A stretch of 51,545 nucleotides of DNA from a virus, in IMG/VR virus record IMGVR_UViG_3300045988_024116, positions 1 through 51,545 of that record; one strand, given 5' to 3'. Below are positions 33,933 through 43,036 of the stretch, piece by piece. The position numbers and the translations under genes are program-made. The notes below the pieces were generated by a model. It did not search any database. It was not told where the DNA came from and worked only from the letters and a program-made list of their open reading frames with translations. Positions within the stretch are counted from its first letter, which is position 1. Each line of letters opens with the position of its first letter.

Positions 33933-35271
33933 CGGTCCCTCCATTATCTCGATTGTCGTTAGTACCATCAGACAACGGGCCTACACCCGTTGAGCGTCCG
34001 TCCTCGTCATCAGTCTTTGCTGCTGTTGAATCGTCCTCACCCTCAGCCTCATTCTCAGAGGGCAGTTCAGGCAAGTCTTCCAACGGCAAAGAGCCAGCAA
34101 TCTTCAAGAGTTGCAGAACACCGGAACGCATTTCAACCTGATGCAAAGCACCATTCTGGAACGCCAGCGTCAAAGACTGAATACGGCGGTGAGTCTGGTC
34201 ATTATTGATCGAACCGTACTCGATCTGCACCTTAATGCCGAGAGCCGCAGCAATCTCATTCAACATGTCGATATGGAGTTGACGACGCAACTCCAACGCC
34301 TTAAACGTCGGGTCTTCAAGCGCAGTCTCAGCACCCTGACGACCGCCCGCAGAACCATCCGTCAACAACACCGACAAAGGGATGTCAAGCGCAGCCGACA
34401 CCATAGACGCAAGAGGCGTACCAGCCGAGAAATCAATCCCAGCGCCAGCCTTATTAATCGCCTGAATATCCTGCCCAGCACCGATGCTCGCAGTGCCACC
34501 GACACCCGGACCAGCCATACGCTGCTGAACGGCCTGTTGCTGCTTAGAATTAACACTCGTTGCCTTAAAGGCCAGCTTAGCGAGAGACTTCTCCATGAGG
34601 TGCGCGACCTCAAGATGCTCCTTGTACTTCTGCGCATACGACATAGCACTCATGAGATCGGGCTTGCCATACTGTTCAGCAGCAAGGCGATTCACGGTCG
34701 CATACACAGCCGTCAAGCGCTTGTTCACCTTGTAGTTAGACTTGGTGATCTTCACGCTCACGCAGTCCCACAGCATGTACCACTGAGGCTCACCACTTAC
34801 GACAGGGTTAATGAGTAGGGCAACGACATCACCAGTCAGATCATCGGTAGCCACACCAGCAAGGCGCATCAACGGAACAGGCGTAACAGTCTTTGTCGCC
34901 TTATCAACAAGATAAATGACGCAACCGTCAGTGTTGAAAGACTGCTCATCACGAACACGCGCCTGCACACTGAAACAAGCCTTCGCGTTTTCTTCGATTA
35001 CCTTACGGGAAGGGCCAGTAGAACCCTTGTAGACAACGGGGTCGCCCCACATGTACGCATTACGTACAACCAAGCCACGCTTCACAATAGGGTTAAGGGT
35101 AGCCAAACGGCGCGCACGCGCTGAATGGTCCCTAATCACATCAAGTGTGATCAGAGAATCGGGGCCTTCGACAGCAGACAAGGGCAACCAGCCCACATCT
35201 TCTCGCTTGAGACGCGCTAGGGTATCAGAAAAAGACCCCAGCGCTTCTTGAAATGTCTGCTCATACTTCAT
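33925..35271 (-). CDS. Portal protein
   Basis: 448 aa, directly downstream of the large terminase, with an acidic C-terminal tail. Confidence 0.8.
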   Translation of the reverse strand: MKYEQTFQEALGSFSDTLARLKREDVGWLPLSAVEGPDSLITLDVIRDHSARARRLATLNPIVKRGLVVRNAYMWGDPVVYKGSTGPSRKVIEENAKACFSVQARVRDEQSFNTDGCVIYLVDKATKTVTPVPLMRLAGVATDDLTGDVVALLINPVVSGEPQWYMLWDCVSVKITKSNYKVNKRLTAVYATVNRLAAEQYGKPDLMSAMSYAQKYKEHLEVAHLMEKSLAKLAFKATSVNSKQQQAVQQRMAGPGVGGTASIGAGQDIQAINKAGAGIDFSAGTPLASMVSAALDIPLSVLLTDGSAGGRQGAETALEDPTFKALELRRQLHIDMLNEIAAALGIKVQIEYGSINNDQTHRRIQSLTLAFQNGALHQVEMRSGVLQLLKIAGSLPLEDLPELPSENEAEGEDDSTAAKTDDEDGRSTGVGPLSDGTNDNRDNGGTDA

Positions 35272-35284
35272 GCTAATTATCCTA

Positions 35285-36793
35285 TCACGCTAGAAATACA
35301 GACAACTCTTCCTCGAACATGAAGTCCAAGAGGTCATCTTCTTCTAGTAGATCATCGGGCGAATAGTACTGACCTTCTGAATCACCAGCCATGATCGCGT
35401 TAATGTCCTGGAAAGCGTAAATGACAGCATCGAGAACGTCAGGAGACTTGATGCCACGCTTACGCATATTCTCCTTCGATTCAATCAGCATGGCACTACC
35501 GCGATACTCGTACTTGATTGACGCGATCTCGTTATGCAGCTCATCGTCATCGGGCAGGAAGACACGACCATCAGCGACAGCCTTAGCGAATTGATCGTAC
35601 ATAGCAGCTCGATAGTTATACCACTTAGTGCTGTCACCGGACTTCGCGTTACCGTGAATACCAATGACAGAAATGTCAGCGGGCACGAAATTGTAGATAC
35701 TATCGAGAACGGATGCACCAACACCGATAGCGTCAATACGAATCTCGACAGCCCCGAGTTCGACTGCCAGCTCACCAACCTTACGGGCAAGCTCAGGGCC
35801 ATTCAAGCCCTGGTAACGCCCATGAATACGGATGTACCCCCCTTGGTTAGATACGATCACCGAGCTGTCGGAACCGTAACGAGCAACGTCAACACCGAGA
35901 ACAATCGGCATACCCTCATCCGGCTCCGAGGTGTCGTACGCCTCCATAGACTGCATGACGCGACCCATATTGAACAGACCGTCGTCAGACACGTCCGGGA
36001 ACTCACCGAGAACACGTGCGACGAAACGAGGGTCATCCTCGCCCCATTCCTTCTTACGTGCCTCAACCCAGTCAACCTGCACAAGACGAGTCGCAACCTC
36101 GACAGGTACGACTTCACCTGTGAAATTAGGTGTGTCATACGCACCGAACTGGATAATGTTCCAGGAGCGCTCTTCAGGCTTCAGGCGCATCTCACGCTTG
36201 AACACCTCGGCCATGTAGCAGGACGGGTCGTTAGGGTTAGCAATAGCCAAGATGCGTGCATACTTGTTGGTCGTGATTGCGTCGGCAGCGGTGAAGATTT
36301 CCTTGGAGATACCTCCCGCCTCGTCCATGATGACTAGGACGTACTGGTCGTGGACACCCTGAAAGCCCGACTCGTCCTTATCGTCCGGCTTCATACCGAA
36401 AGCGATAGGGTCTTGTCGGTCTCCCATCTTCCATGTTGCGTCAGCGTTAACCTTGCCACCAATGCCAGCATCGGCCTTGACACGAGGAATCTCTTTCCAC
36501 AGGACGTTACGGACCTGTTTCCAGTTTGTCGCCGTCGTGACGACTGTCGTATCATCGACAGGATGGGTGTCTACCCACCAGTTGACAAGGGTAGCTGACA
36601 AACGTGACTTTCCCACACCATTGCCAGTAACCACAAGGGTTTTCTGATGTTCAACAACAGACTGTGAAACTTCACGCTGCTTCGACCACATAAACAGGCC
36701 GTGGTCTTCAGCCCACTTGGCAGGATTATTACGCCACACTTCAAGACGCTGGGCATCAGAAAACTTCTTAGCGACAGCACCGAAAGGCAGCAT
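35285..36793 (-). CDS. terL: Terminase large subunit
   Basis: Walker A VVTGNGVGKSR, Walker B VLVIMDEAGG, and a C-terminal nuclease-like domain. Confidence 0.9.
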   Translation of the reverse strand: MLPFGAVAKKFSDAQRLEVWRNNPAKWAEDHGLFMWSKQREVSQSVVEHQKTLVVTGNGVGKSRLSATLVNWWVDTHPVDDTTVVTTATNWKQVRNVLWKEIPRVKADAGIGGKVNADATWKMGDRQDPIAFGMKPDDKDESGFQGVHDQYVLVIMDEAGGISKEIFTAADAITTNKYARILAIANPNDPSCYMAEVFKREMRLKPEERSWNIIQFGAYDTPNFTGEVVPVEVATRLVQVDWVEARKKEWGEDDPRFVARVLGEFPDVSDDGLFNMGRVMQSMEAYDTSEPDEGMPIVLGVDVARYGSDSSVIVSNQGGYIRIHGRYQGLNGPELARKVGELAVELGAVEIRIDAIGVGASVLDSIYNFVPADISVIGIHGNAKSGDSTKWYNYRAAMYDQFAKAVADGRVFLPDDDELHNEIASIKYEYRGSAMLIESKENMRKRGIKSPDVLDAVIYAFQDINAIMAGDSEGQYYSPDDLLEEDDLLDFMFEEELSVFLA

Positions 36794-37377
36794 TACTCAC
36801 CCTCAACTTCTACAGTAGCCTCAAGCAGCGCAGCAGGCTTATTCACAGCCTGAGCAAACCAATCAGCCTTGTTAACCTCCAAAGCCTTCTTAGCCCCAGC
36901 CGACAGGTGCGGATACATGAGAGCCGTGTACTCTTCCAACACCTGATTAGTGAACGACAGCACGATGTTCACTTGCTTCTCTTCGATCACACGAATCTCA
37001 TGAGTCACCGTCTGGCGCTTCAGGTTAGCGACCTCGGAAATCTCACGCAGAACAGCAAGAACAGCCTGAAGATTCTGACCCCAGTTACCCTTCTCGTCAG
37101 CAAGGCCGAACATCTCGATCTGGCTGTAGGCCATGTCAACAAGCGCATCAAGACGATCAAGCTGCTTGATGCGCATATTGCGAGGCGACAATTCCTGTCG
37201 GCTGTCGTAGTACGACTGCTCGATGACGAACAGCTCTTCAGATGTGAAGCCTGTCGCCTGGATGATCTTGTTCCTGTCGGCACCACGCTTCAGTAGCGAT
37301 AGGGCCGCGTCTCGCTTACCCTTCAGCTCCGGGTCATCACTCGTCAGCAAATTGCGCGATTCGTTCGCTGAACTCAT
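36793..37377 (-). CDS. terS: Terminase small subunit (putative)
   Basis: 194 aa, ATGA-coupled to terL. HTH-like N-terminal region (LLKRGADRNKIIQATGFTSEELFVIE). Confidence 0.55.
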   Translation of the reverse strand: MSSANESRNLLTSDDPELKGKRDAALSLLKRGADRNKIIQATGFTSEELFVIEQSYYDSRQELSPRNMRIKQLDRLDALVDMAYSQIEMFGLADEKGNWGQNLQAVLAVLREISEVANLKRQTVTHEIRVIEEKQVNIVLSFTNQVLEEYTALMYPHLSAGAKKALEVNKADWFAQAVNKPAALLEATVEVEGE

Positions 37378-37489
37378 TTAGCACCTCTTCAACCGTCTTC
37401 TGAAACTTCTTGTCCAAGTACGCATAAGTACAAGACACACCGACAACGGCACCAACGAAGATACCAAGCAAAAACCAGACCAAAAACAT
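37337..37489 (-). CDS. Small single-pass membrane protein (50 aa), below the ORF-track cutoff
   Basis: Read by hand: the ATG is TAATG-coupled to the upstream gene. Translation MFLVWFLLGIFVGAVVGVSCTYAYLDKKFQKTVEEVLNEFSERIAQFADE. It overlaps the terS start by 41 nt. Confidence 0.45.
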   Translation of the reverse strand: MFLVWFLLGIFVGAVVGVSCTYAYLDKKFQKTVEEVLNEFSERIAQFADE

Positions 37490-37731
37490 TAGTCCTCCTT
37501 CGGAACAGAGGGCAGGTCATCGACCTTCACGCCAGCCTGAATCGCTGCCACACGAACAGCGTAAGCGTGTTCCTTCCACAAAAACACCCGAGTGCGCAAA
37601 TCAGCTTCAAGGTCATCCCTGGCATCCTGTATTTCCTGGGCCTTCCTATAGCGATCAACACACACATCAACAATAGCCTTGATAACAAGGGTGACAGCAG
37701 AGCATATCAGCCCCACAAGCGCAGTATTCAC
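37489..37731 (-). CDS. Membrane-anchored lysis-cassette protein (N-terminal TM, charged C-terminus)
   Basis: ORF track entry (80 aa): MNTALVGLICSAVTLVIKAIV followed by a charged helix. Confidence 0.5.
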   Translation of the reverse strand: MNTALVGLICSAVTLVIKAIVDVCVDRYRKAQEIQDARDDLEADLRTRVFLWKEHAYAVRVAAIQAGVKVDDLPSVPKED

Positions 37732-37742
37732 GTATCCCCCTG

Positions 37743-38228
37743 TTACTCACTAACGGTTGACAAGTATTCTTGCCTCGCCTTATTATACCGTTCCTCAGCT
37801 TCTTCCAGCTTGCTCTTCGGCAGTACTCCGGGCCTATACGAGTAAGGCCACACACGCACAGCACGCGCAATAAAGAACAAACCAATGATTACTGACAAAA
37901 TAATAACATGAAGCGGCCAGCGCACATGTGCCGTGGTCAGCAGGAATTCATTAATCGAAATGAGCATAATGCCAACAAAGGATGTCAAGGCTGCTGGACC
38001 TTCCAACCACCAAGAACCAAGCCAGGCTGACGGCGCGCCCAAAGTACCTGAAACGAGCATAAGAACACCCGCAAGGATAACAACCCAAGGAAGCGCCGCA
38101 GCACTCGTCAAGAACCCAATACCTGTAATAGCGATAGCCGTGTAGATAACCACCATAATAGCAGTCACCGACCTCGGCTCACTCATTGATCTCAGCAACT
38201 TCTTCATGTCACTTATTATAGCGAACAC
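37743..38228 (-). CDS. Polytopic membrane protein (holin-like, about 4 TM)
   Basis: ORF track entry (161 aa) with four hydrophobic segments and a charged C-terminus. Adjacent to the endolysin. Confidence 0.5.
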   Translation of the reverse strand: MFAIISDMKKLLRSMSEPRSVTAIMVVIYTAIAITGIGFLTSAAALPWVVILAGVLMLVSGTLGAPSAWLGSWWLEGPAALTSFVGIMLISINEFLLTTAHVRWPLHVIILSVIIGLFFIARAVRVWPYSYRPGVLPKSKLEEAEERYNKARQEYLSTVSE

Positions 38229-38265
38229 CCCCTACCACACAAGTAGGGGGTGTTCTTACTGAATG

Positions 38266-38520
38266 TCACTCAGCGTCAGGAGTGCCGTAAGAGGGTGCCG
38301 TATAGACACCGCCAGTGTGAACGGTTGCGATAAGGAAACCGATCACAGACAGGACTCGTTCGATCACCTGAGACCACTGCTCCCAGTTTTCGGCGGTCCA
38401 ACCGCCGTAAGCGACACCAACCATTCCGATAGCCGCAAACACTGCGTACAGTGCCTTACGGCGCTCTGGGGTCAGCAAGTACCACTTAGTACGATCAGTG
38501 GTCAAGACTTCATTAGCCAT
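38266..38520 (-). CDS. Holin-like small membrane protein (2 TM)
   Basis: 84 aa, immediately downstream of the endolysin. Confidence 0.55.
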   Translation of the reverse strand: MANEVLTTDRTKWYLLTPERRKALYAVFAAIGMVGVAYGGWTAENWEQWSQVIERVLSVIGFLIATVHTGGVYTAPSYGTPDAE

Positions 38521-38541
38521 GAAAGTTCCTCCTCGTAGAAG

Positions 38542-39564
38542 TTACTTCGATTCTACCAGCTTCACGATACCGTCAGCGTCCTGTTCGACAACCAGCTTAC
38601 CGACAATCAGCTTGCCGTTCTCATCGAAAATCGAGCACGCACCATCAAGGCGCGTCTGAGCGAGGCCAACAGCCATAGAGCCGTCCTTGGTAAGGAAGTA
38701 ATCGCCGCCCTTGTACTGCAACCACCCGGTGCGCATAGCACCGTTTTCCTCAAGGTAGTACCACTTGCCCTTGACGAGCTGCCAGCCGGTCTGCATCTGG
38801 CCCTTGTCGTTCAGGAGGAACCAGTTTTCGTCGATCTTCTGCCAGCCAGTTTCCATCTCGCCGTAGCGCGAATCGTGCATATCATGCAGGAAGTACCAGT
38901 GGCCGTCGATATGCTGCCAACCAGCCTGCAACCAACCCTTCTCGTTGGCGTAGAACCACTTATCGTTCACAGGGAACCAGCCGGTCTCGAAACCACCGTC
39001 CGAGGTACGGTACCACCAGCCACCATTCTGCGACACCCAACCCTCAGACTGAGTGATCTCAGCATCAAGGTTGTCATAGTACGCCTGAGCCTTCTTCATG
39101 TACTCGCCAGCGTACGTATCGCGCAGAGACGCAGGGCAGGCAGTCGAATAGAAGTCCGAGTGGGGGAACACGTTGACACGCCACTGCGGACGGCCAAGGC
39201 CATACGCACGACACAGGGCCGCAGTCAGGTGCGCACCTGCATCAAGCGTCGCTTCACTGATGTCCCAGCCACCCTCAGCGCCAGTGGAGTTAGCGTGCTC
39301 AATGCCAATCGAACACGAGTTAACGCCGGGGCAGTGCCAGGCCGTGTCCTTGTCGTGGACGAACTGCGCGGTGCTGCCGTCAACGTCCACGTTGTAGTGC
39401 GCAGACGTGCCATTATGGTTAAACGCTGCAAGGACACCACCATGCGACATAGCCTTGCCAGCGTTATGGTGGACGATAACACGGTCAAGTGCTCGACTAC
39501 GGCCCTCATCGTAGTTATCACACCACAGGTTGTAATCAGCGATCAGATTATGCCAGTCAGTCAC
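38542..39564 (-). CDS. Endolysin: N-acetylmuramoyl-L-alanine amidase (Amidase_2/PGRP type) plus 6-7 CW_binding_1 repeats
   Basis: A likely GTG start at 39564 follows ggagaa (the track starts at 39603). Zn-ligand pattern VIVHHNAG ... PHSDFYSTACP. C-terminal repeats GW..x..W(Y/F)Y(L/F)..G.M.TGW. Confidence 0.85.
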   Translation of the reverse strand: MTDWHNLIADYNLWCDNYDEGRSRALDRVIVHHNAGKAMSHGGVLAAFNHNGTSAHYNVDVDGSTAQFVHDKDTAWHCPGVNSCSIGIEHANSTGAEGGWDISEATLDAGAHLTAALCRAYGLGRPQWRVNVFPHSDFYSTACPASLRDTYAGEYMKKAQAYYDNLDAEITQSEGWVSQNGGWWYRTSDGGFETGWFPVNDKWFYANEKGWLQAGWQHIDGHWYFLHDMHDSRYGEMETGWQKIDENWFLLNDKGQMQTGWQLVKGKWYYLEENGAMRTGWLQYKGGDYFLTKDGSMAVGLAQTRLDGACSIFDENGKLIVGKLVVEQDADGIVKLVESK

Positions 39565-39862
39565 TATAACTTCTCCTAATCTCCCAAGGACCGAAGTCCT
39601 CATACTCGGAGATAATCATATCAGTGAACACGCGGACACCCTCTTCAGTGACATACACCTGGGGATAAGAGTTTCTACCGTTCTTATAGACACGCCAGAT
39701 ACCAAGCAGTCCTTTAGCCTTTTCCGTAGGCTCGCTAATATGCCGACCCTTCTTCAGGTATCCTTCACGACGCAGAAGCCTAACAACCTTCGTAGGGCCG
39801 ATACTAGGAATCTCCCTTCTCAGGCTCTTACCGAAATCACGCAAGCTAATTTCTTCCATCAC
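39557..39862 (-). CDS. Hypothetical DNA-binding-like protein
   Basis: 101 aa. The segment SIGPTKVVRLLRREGYLKK is HTH-like; this is a weak call. Confidence 0.4.
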   Translation of the reverse strand: MMEEISLRDFGKSLRREIPSIGPTKVVRLLRREGYLKKGRHISEPTEKAKGLLGIWRVYKNGRNSYPQVYVTEEGVRVFTDMIISEYEDFGPWEIRRSYSD

Positions 39863-40284
39863 ATACCATCCACATCAACGAAATAATCCGAAAATGGGTT
39901 ATCGCCAGGCTCGGCAAACTCCATGTTGATAGGTGCTGCCTCAGCATCGGATGGACGCAGAACATCCTTTGGCTGTCGAACGGACTTGAAGATGAGCGTC
40001 CAGTCAACAGGCATGTAGTCACCGAGCATGATCATGTCCTTGATCGTCAGGCTACCGTTCACCAACTTAGTGTGGTAATAGCGTGCGGAAGGCCCGCCGG
40101 TAAGTTCTCCATCTTTCATGACCGACAGGCCAGCATCCTTGAACTGCTTAATCACAAGTTCCCGAACGAAGGCAACACGGGTTTCTACATCCTGTGGGTA
40201 CTTGCCGCCCATCCGGGTGGCACGAGCCTTAGCCATGCGGGCGCGAGCCTCTTCGAGCTTCACAGGGTCAGTAATTTTAGTCAT
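39859..40284 (-). CDS. Hypothetical protein (141 aa)
   Basis: ORF track entry; overlaps its neighbours by 4-8 nt. Confidence 0.6.
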   Translation of the reverse strand: MTKITDPVKLEEARARMAKARATRMGGKYPQDVETRVAFVRELVIKQFKDAGLSVMKDGELTGGPSARYYHTKLVNGSLTIKDMIMLGDYMPVDWTLIFKSVRQPKDVLRPSDAEAAPINMEFAEPGDNPFSDYFVDVDGM

Positions 40285-40525
40285 TTTTCACCTCATACTT
40301 CTTCAAGAGGTCCGGTCGGAACCCAGACCAGTGTTCCTTCATTTCCTCGCCTTCACGCACAACGACGACAGGTGCTTGCTGATAACCCAGCGCGCGGATA
40401 ATTGCCAGCGCATCTGCATCTTCCGTTACGTCGATGCTATTGAACGGTAGTCCAAGTGCCTTCAGCTTGCGGTACGTCGCCGTACACTGCTGGCAGTTGG
40501 GCTTGGAGTAGACATTGATGTTCAT
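40277..40525 (-). CDS. nrdH: NrdH/glutaredoxin-like redoxin
   Basis: 82 aa: MNINVYSKPNCQQCTATYRKL (CxxC) with a thioredoxin-fold pattern. Confidence 0.75.
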   Translation of the reverse strand: MNINVYSKPNCQQCTATYRKLKALGLPFNSIDVTEDADALAIIRALGYQQAPVVVVREGEEMKEHWSGFRPDLLKKYEVKND

Positions 40526-40527
40526 TC

Positions 40528-40938
40528 TCAGATAGACCTTCCAGTCGAACCAAAACCACCATTACCTCGCTCACCGGCTTGGACAGGTGGCTGTGCGTAG
40601 AGGGCAGATGCGCCCTCTAGCTTGACGATGACAATTTGAGCGACCCGTTCATGTTCTTCGAGAACGACAGGGGTGTCTTTACTCATGTTCCACAGCGGAA
40701 CGAGAACTTCGCCCTCGTAACCAGCGTCGATGACACCGACACCATTAGCGAGTAGAAGGCCCTTCTTGCTCAAGGAAGAGCGGGCAAAGACGAGTCCGAC
40801 AGAGCCGTCAGGAATGTCGAACTTAGCGGGGTAGTAGCCTGTCTGCACGAGGATAACTTCTCCGGGGTAGATGATCACCGGCATCTTCGTGGACAGGTCG
40901 AAACCAGCATCGTTATGGTGCTGTCGTGTGGGGCGCAT
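40528..40938 (-). CDS. dut: dUTP diphosphatase
   Basis: The track ORF is 40528..40986. ATG 40938 follows aaaggagc. Motifs AGFDL, ARSSLS, GVIDAGYEGE and RGNGGFGSTG. Confidence 0.85.
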   Translation of the reverse strand: MRPTRQHHNDAGFDLSTKMPVIIYPGEVILVQTGYYPAKFDIPDGSVGLVFARSSLSKKGLLLANGVGVIDAGYEGEVLVPLWNMSKDTPVVLEEHERVAQIVIVKLEGASALYAQPPVQAGERGNGGFGSTGRSI

Positions 40939-41461
40939 TTTTGCTCCTTTCGTTGAGTACAACCATGAGTGCAGCAGCTTTAGCAAACTTCAGTGTGCTT
41001 GGTGCTGCAATGCAGTCTGTGATAACTTCGTCGGCTAGTTGGCCGAAGTCTGTTTCTAAGGCACTGTAGTACTCGTACCATTTGTTGATGTGTTGTCGGC
41101 TAATTCCCATGTACGTGTCTGGGTCGCCGCTTGTGACACTGATACGAGAGTCTTTGTCCCAAATATAGTTCAAATCTTTAAGATCAGGTACGTGTGGAAC
41201 GAGCTTGTTTGCGTAGTTGTTGTTCCGGCTCACGTACTGACTCAGACAGATAACGACATCATTGAAGCGGGGCTTTGTCTTGGTCTCGCCGTACCACCAT
41301 TTATAAATACTGTCGATGAGCTTTTCTGCTGTTTCGTCCAGTTTCACCGGGTTGAACTTTTTGACGCTGGTTGGTTGCCTCACGGCCCGGTCGGAATAAC
41401 TGAAGCTGCTGCGCCCAACTCGCTTGAGCCACGTTTCCACAACCTTACTTGGGTCTGTCAT
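40913..41461 (-). CDS. Hypothetical protein (182 aa) in a locally AT-rich segment
   Basis: ORF track entry; ATG preceded by gaaaggaggga; it has its own candidate promoter. Confidence 0.6.
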   Translation of the reverse strand: MTDPSKVVETWLKRVGRSSFSYSDRAVRQPTSVKKFNPVKLDETAEKLIDSIYKWWYGETKTKPRFNDVVICLSQYVSRNNNYANKLVPHVPDLKDLNYIWDKDSRISVTSGDPDTYMGISRQHINKWYEYYSALETDFGQLADEVITDCIAAPSTLKFAKAAALMVVLNERSKNAPHTTAP

Positions 41462-41484
41462 TGTCCCTCCTTTCTACGCAGTCA

Positions 41485-41513
41485 ATATTAGTACGTGTTA
41501 GTGTAGGGTACAA
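41485..41513 (-). promoter_or_regulatory. Candidate promoter for the 41461 gene block
   Basis: On the minus strand: TTGTAC (41513..41508), 17-nt spacer, TAATAT (41490..41485). Confidence 0.45.
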
Positions 41514-41556
41514 GCGAAACCTGTGTGACCTATGCCACACTGTGTTTTGGGTAAGA

Positions 41557-41590
41557 CAGAGCGCCAGCACTAAACAGCACTGGCGCTCTG
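41557..41590 (-). terminator. Hairpin terminating the moron transcription unit
   Basis: 11-bp stem cagagcgccag/ctggcgctctg, 33 nt after the stop codon of the surface protein gene. Confidence 0.5.
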
Positions 41591-41622
41591 CCCTGTTAGG
41601 AAGGAGGCTTCTAGTGTATCAC

Positions 41623-42945
41623 TCAGATATGGTCGTTGCCAAATCGACCGGCACGCCAGGCGAGGTAGCAGGCCAATGCACCACCACCGATTGCAATAAG
41701 CGCAATCACGATAGCCTCAGATGCAGCACCCGTCTTAGCGAGCTTGCCCTGTTCTGGTACGACAGCCGTGGCAGTCGGCTGAGGCGTAGGGGTCGCAGAC
41801 TGCGGCTCATCCGAGGGGCTAGGTGCCGGAGTAGGCTTCTCAGACGGTGCAGGAGCAGGCGTAGGCTTCTCGGAAGGAGTAGGCTCCGGCGTAACGCTAG
41901 GCGCAGGGGTCGGCTTCACAGAAGGTGTAGGCTGCGGGGCAGGCGTAACACTCGGCTCCGGTGCAGGGGCAGGCGTAGAAGGCTCCGGCGTAGGCTCAGG
42001 TGTGACGCTAGGCTCCGGCGACGGCTCAGGGGTAGGCTTCACAGAACCATTACCGTCCGTACCACCGTTACTCTTAACCGTTGCCGTAGCTTCGAGCTTC
42101 ATGCCGTTGATCTCAGCATGATTGGTCGCAGAGTTCTGACCCTCGGGAACGAGGGTATGCTCAGGCGGGTAGGTGACACACGTCTTGGAGCCTTCAGGGG
42201 CCGTGAACTTAATCGTGTTGTCATCAACCTGAGTAGCCGTGATAACCGCAGTCGTATCCGGGTTCCACGTATCCGACTTAGCACACTTCACGGTGGTTCC
42301 GAGCTTAGCGTCAAAGTCCTTAACAGTGTATTCGACACCACCCTTAGCAATCCACTTGATGCCCCACGAGATAGTCCCATCAGCATTAGACCACCCGAAC
42401 TTTACGTTCTCTGGGTTGGCATATTCATAATGGGCCGGGCCGTCACAATCGTTCGAGCATGTTCCGGTGCCCTCCTTATCGCCCCACACGAGCTTCTTCA
42501 CGGCCTCACCGTTCAGGGTGATCGTGCCTTCAGTGGTCCCAATCGCACCACCCTGAAGGCGAGCACGCGCCCACCAGGTGCCCTTCACGTCCGTCTTGTC
42601 TGCGTAAGAGGCCGGAACCTCCTTGACCGTGCAGGTCAGCGTCGCCTCGTTAGCCACACACTCACCAACGACAGTGCCGTCATCGAGCGTGAAGGGGAAA
42701 GAGGCGTTCCACACGAACGGAGCCTTACCCTCGTTCGGCACCGTCGAGACGGTGAAAGACTGGCCGACAGCCAGCTTCTCCACGGCCCAGGTACCGCCGA
42801 CGTTGACCTCAGAAGAGGTCTGGCGAGAAGAAGACGTAGCCTTCGTGACCTCGGCCTTGATCTCAGGGGTGTTGTCGGCAGCGTATGCCGCTGCCGGGGT
42901 GAGCATCAGGAGTGCGACACCTATCGTCGCAAGAAAACGCTTCAT
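41623..42945 (-). CDS. Secreted, cell-wall-anchored surface protein (adhesin-like) with an LAxTG sorting signal
   Basis: ATG 42945 follows gaaagga. Signal peptide [22 protein letters not shown]. About 100 aa of Pro/Thr/Ser/Glu-rich stalk. LAKTG (41728..41742) is followed by a hydrophobic stretch and WRAGRF. Confidence 0.8.
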   Translation of the reverse strand: MKRFLATIGVALLMLTPAAAYAADNTPEIKAEVTKATSSSRQTSSEVNVGGTWAVEKLAVGQSFTVSTVPNEGKAPFVWNASFPFTLDDGTVVGECVANEATLTCTVKEVPASYADKTDVKGTWWARARLQGGAIGTTEGTITLNGEAVKKLVWGDKEGTGTCSNDCDGPAHYEYANPENVKFGWSNADGTISWGIKWIAKGGVEYTVKDFDAKLGTTVKCAKSDTWNPDTTAVITATQVDDNTIKFTAPEGSKTCVTYPPEHTLVPEGQNSATNHAEINGMKLEATATVKSNGGTDGNGSVKPTPEPSPEPSVTPEPTPEPSTPAPAPEPSVTPAPQPTPSVKPTPAPSVTPEPTPSEKPTPAPAPSEKPTPAPSPSDEPQSATPTPQPTATAVVPEQGKLAKTGAASEAIVIALIAIGGGALACYLAWRAGRFGNDHI

Positions 42946-43036
42946 GTTGATTGATCCTTTCGTTGTTGTCCGGTCTGACAACTTGAGTATAGCTGTCAGA
43001 CCGGACTTGATACAACTAATATGCGTGTGACTCTAC

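Noticed and set aside
28103-39579. Plus-strand ORFs inside the structural and lysis genes (28103..28903, 31399..32130, 34111..34818, 35534..36337, 38875..39579)
   Set aside because: They are antisense to well-supported chaperone, capsid, portal, terminase and endolysin genes, with no independent signals.
41790-42060. Short tandem-like DNA repeats (ggctccgg / gtaggc units), considered as a possible CRISPR array or VNTR
   Set aside because: They are in-frame codons of the Pro/Glu/Ser/Thr stalk ([20 protein letters not shown]...). They are irregular in length and have no spacer-repeat periodicity. No CRISPR-like array was seen anywhere in the window.
41449-42954. 501-aa plus-strand ORF antisense to the surface-protein gene
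   Set aside because: The sequence is an Arg-rich repetitive translation (RRRGRRLRL...) mirroring the Pro/Ser/Thr/Glu stalk codons. The minus-strand product has a signal peptide, domain structure and sorting signal, so the plus frame is spurious.
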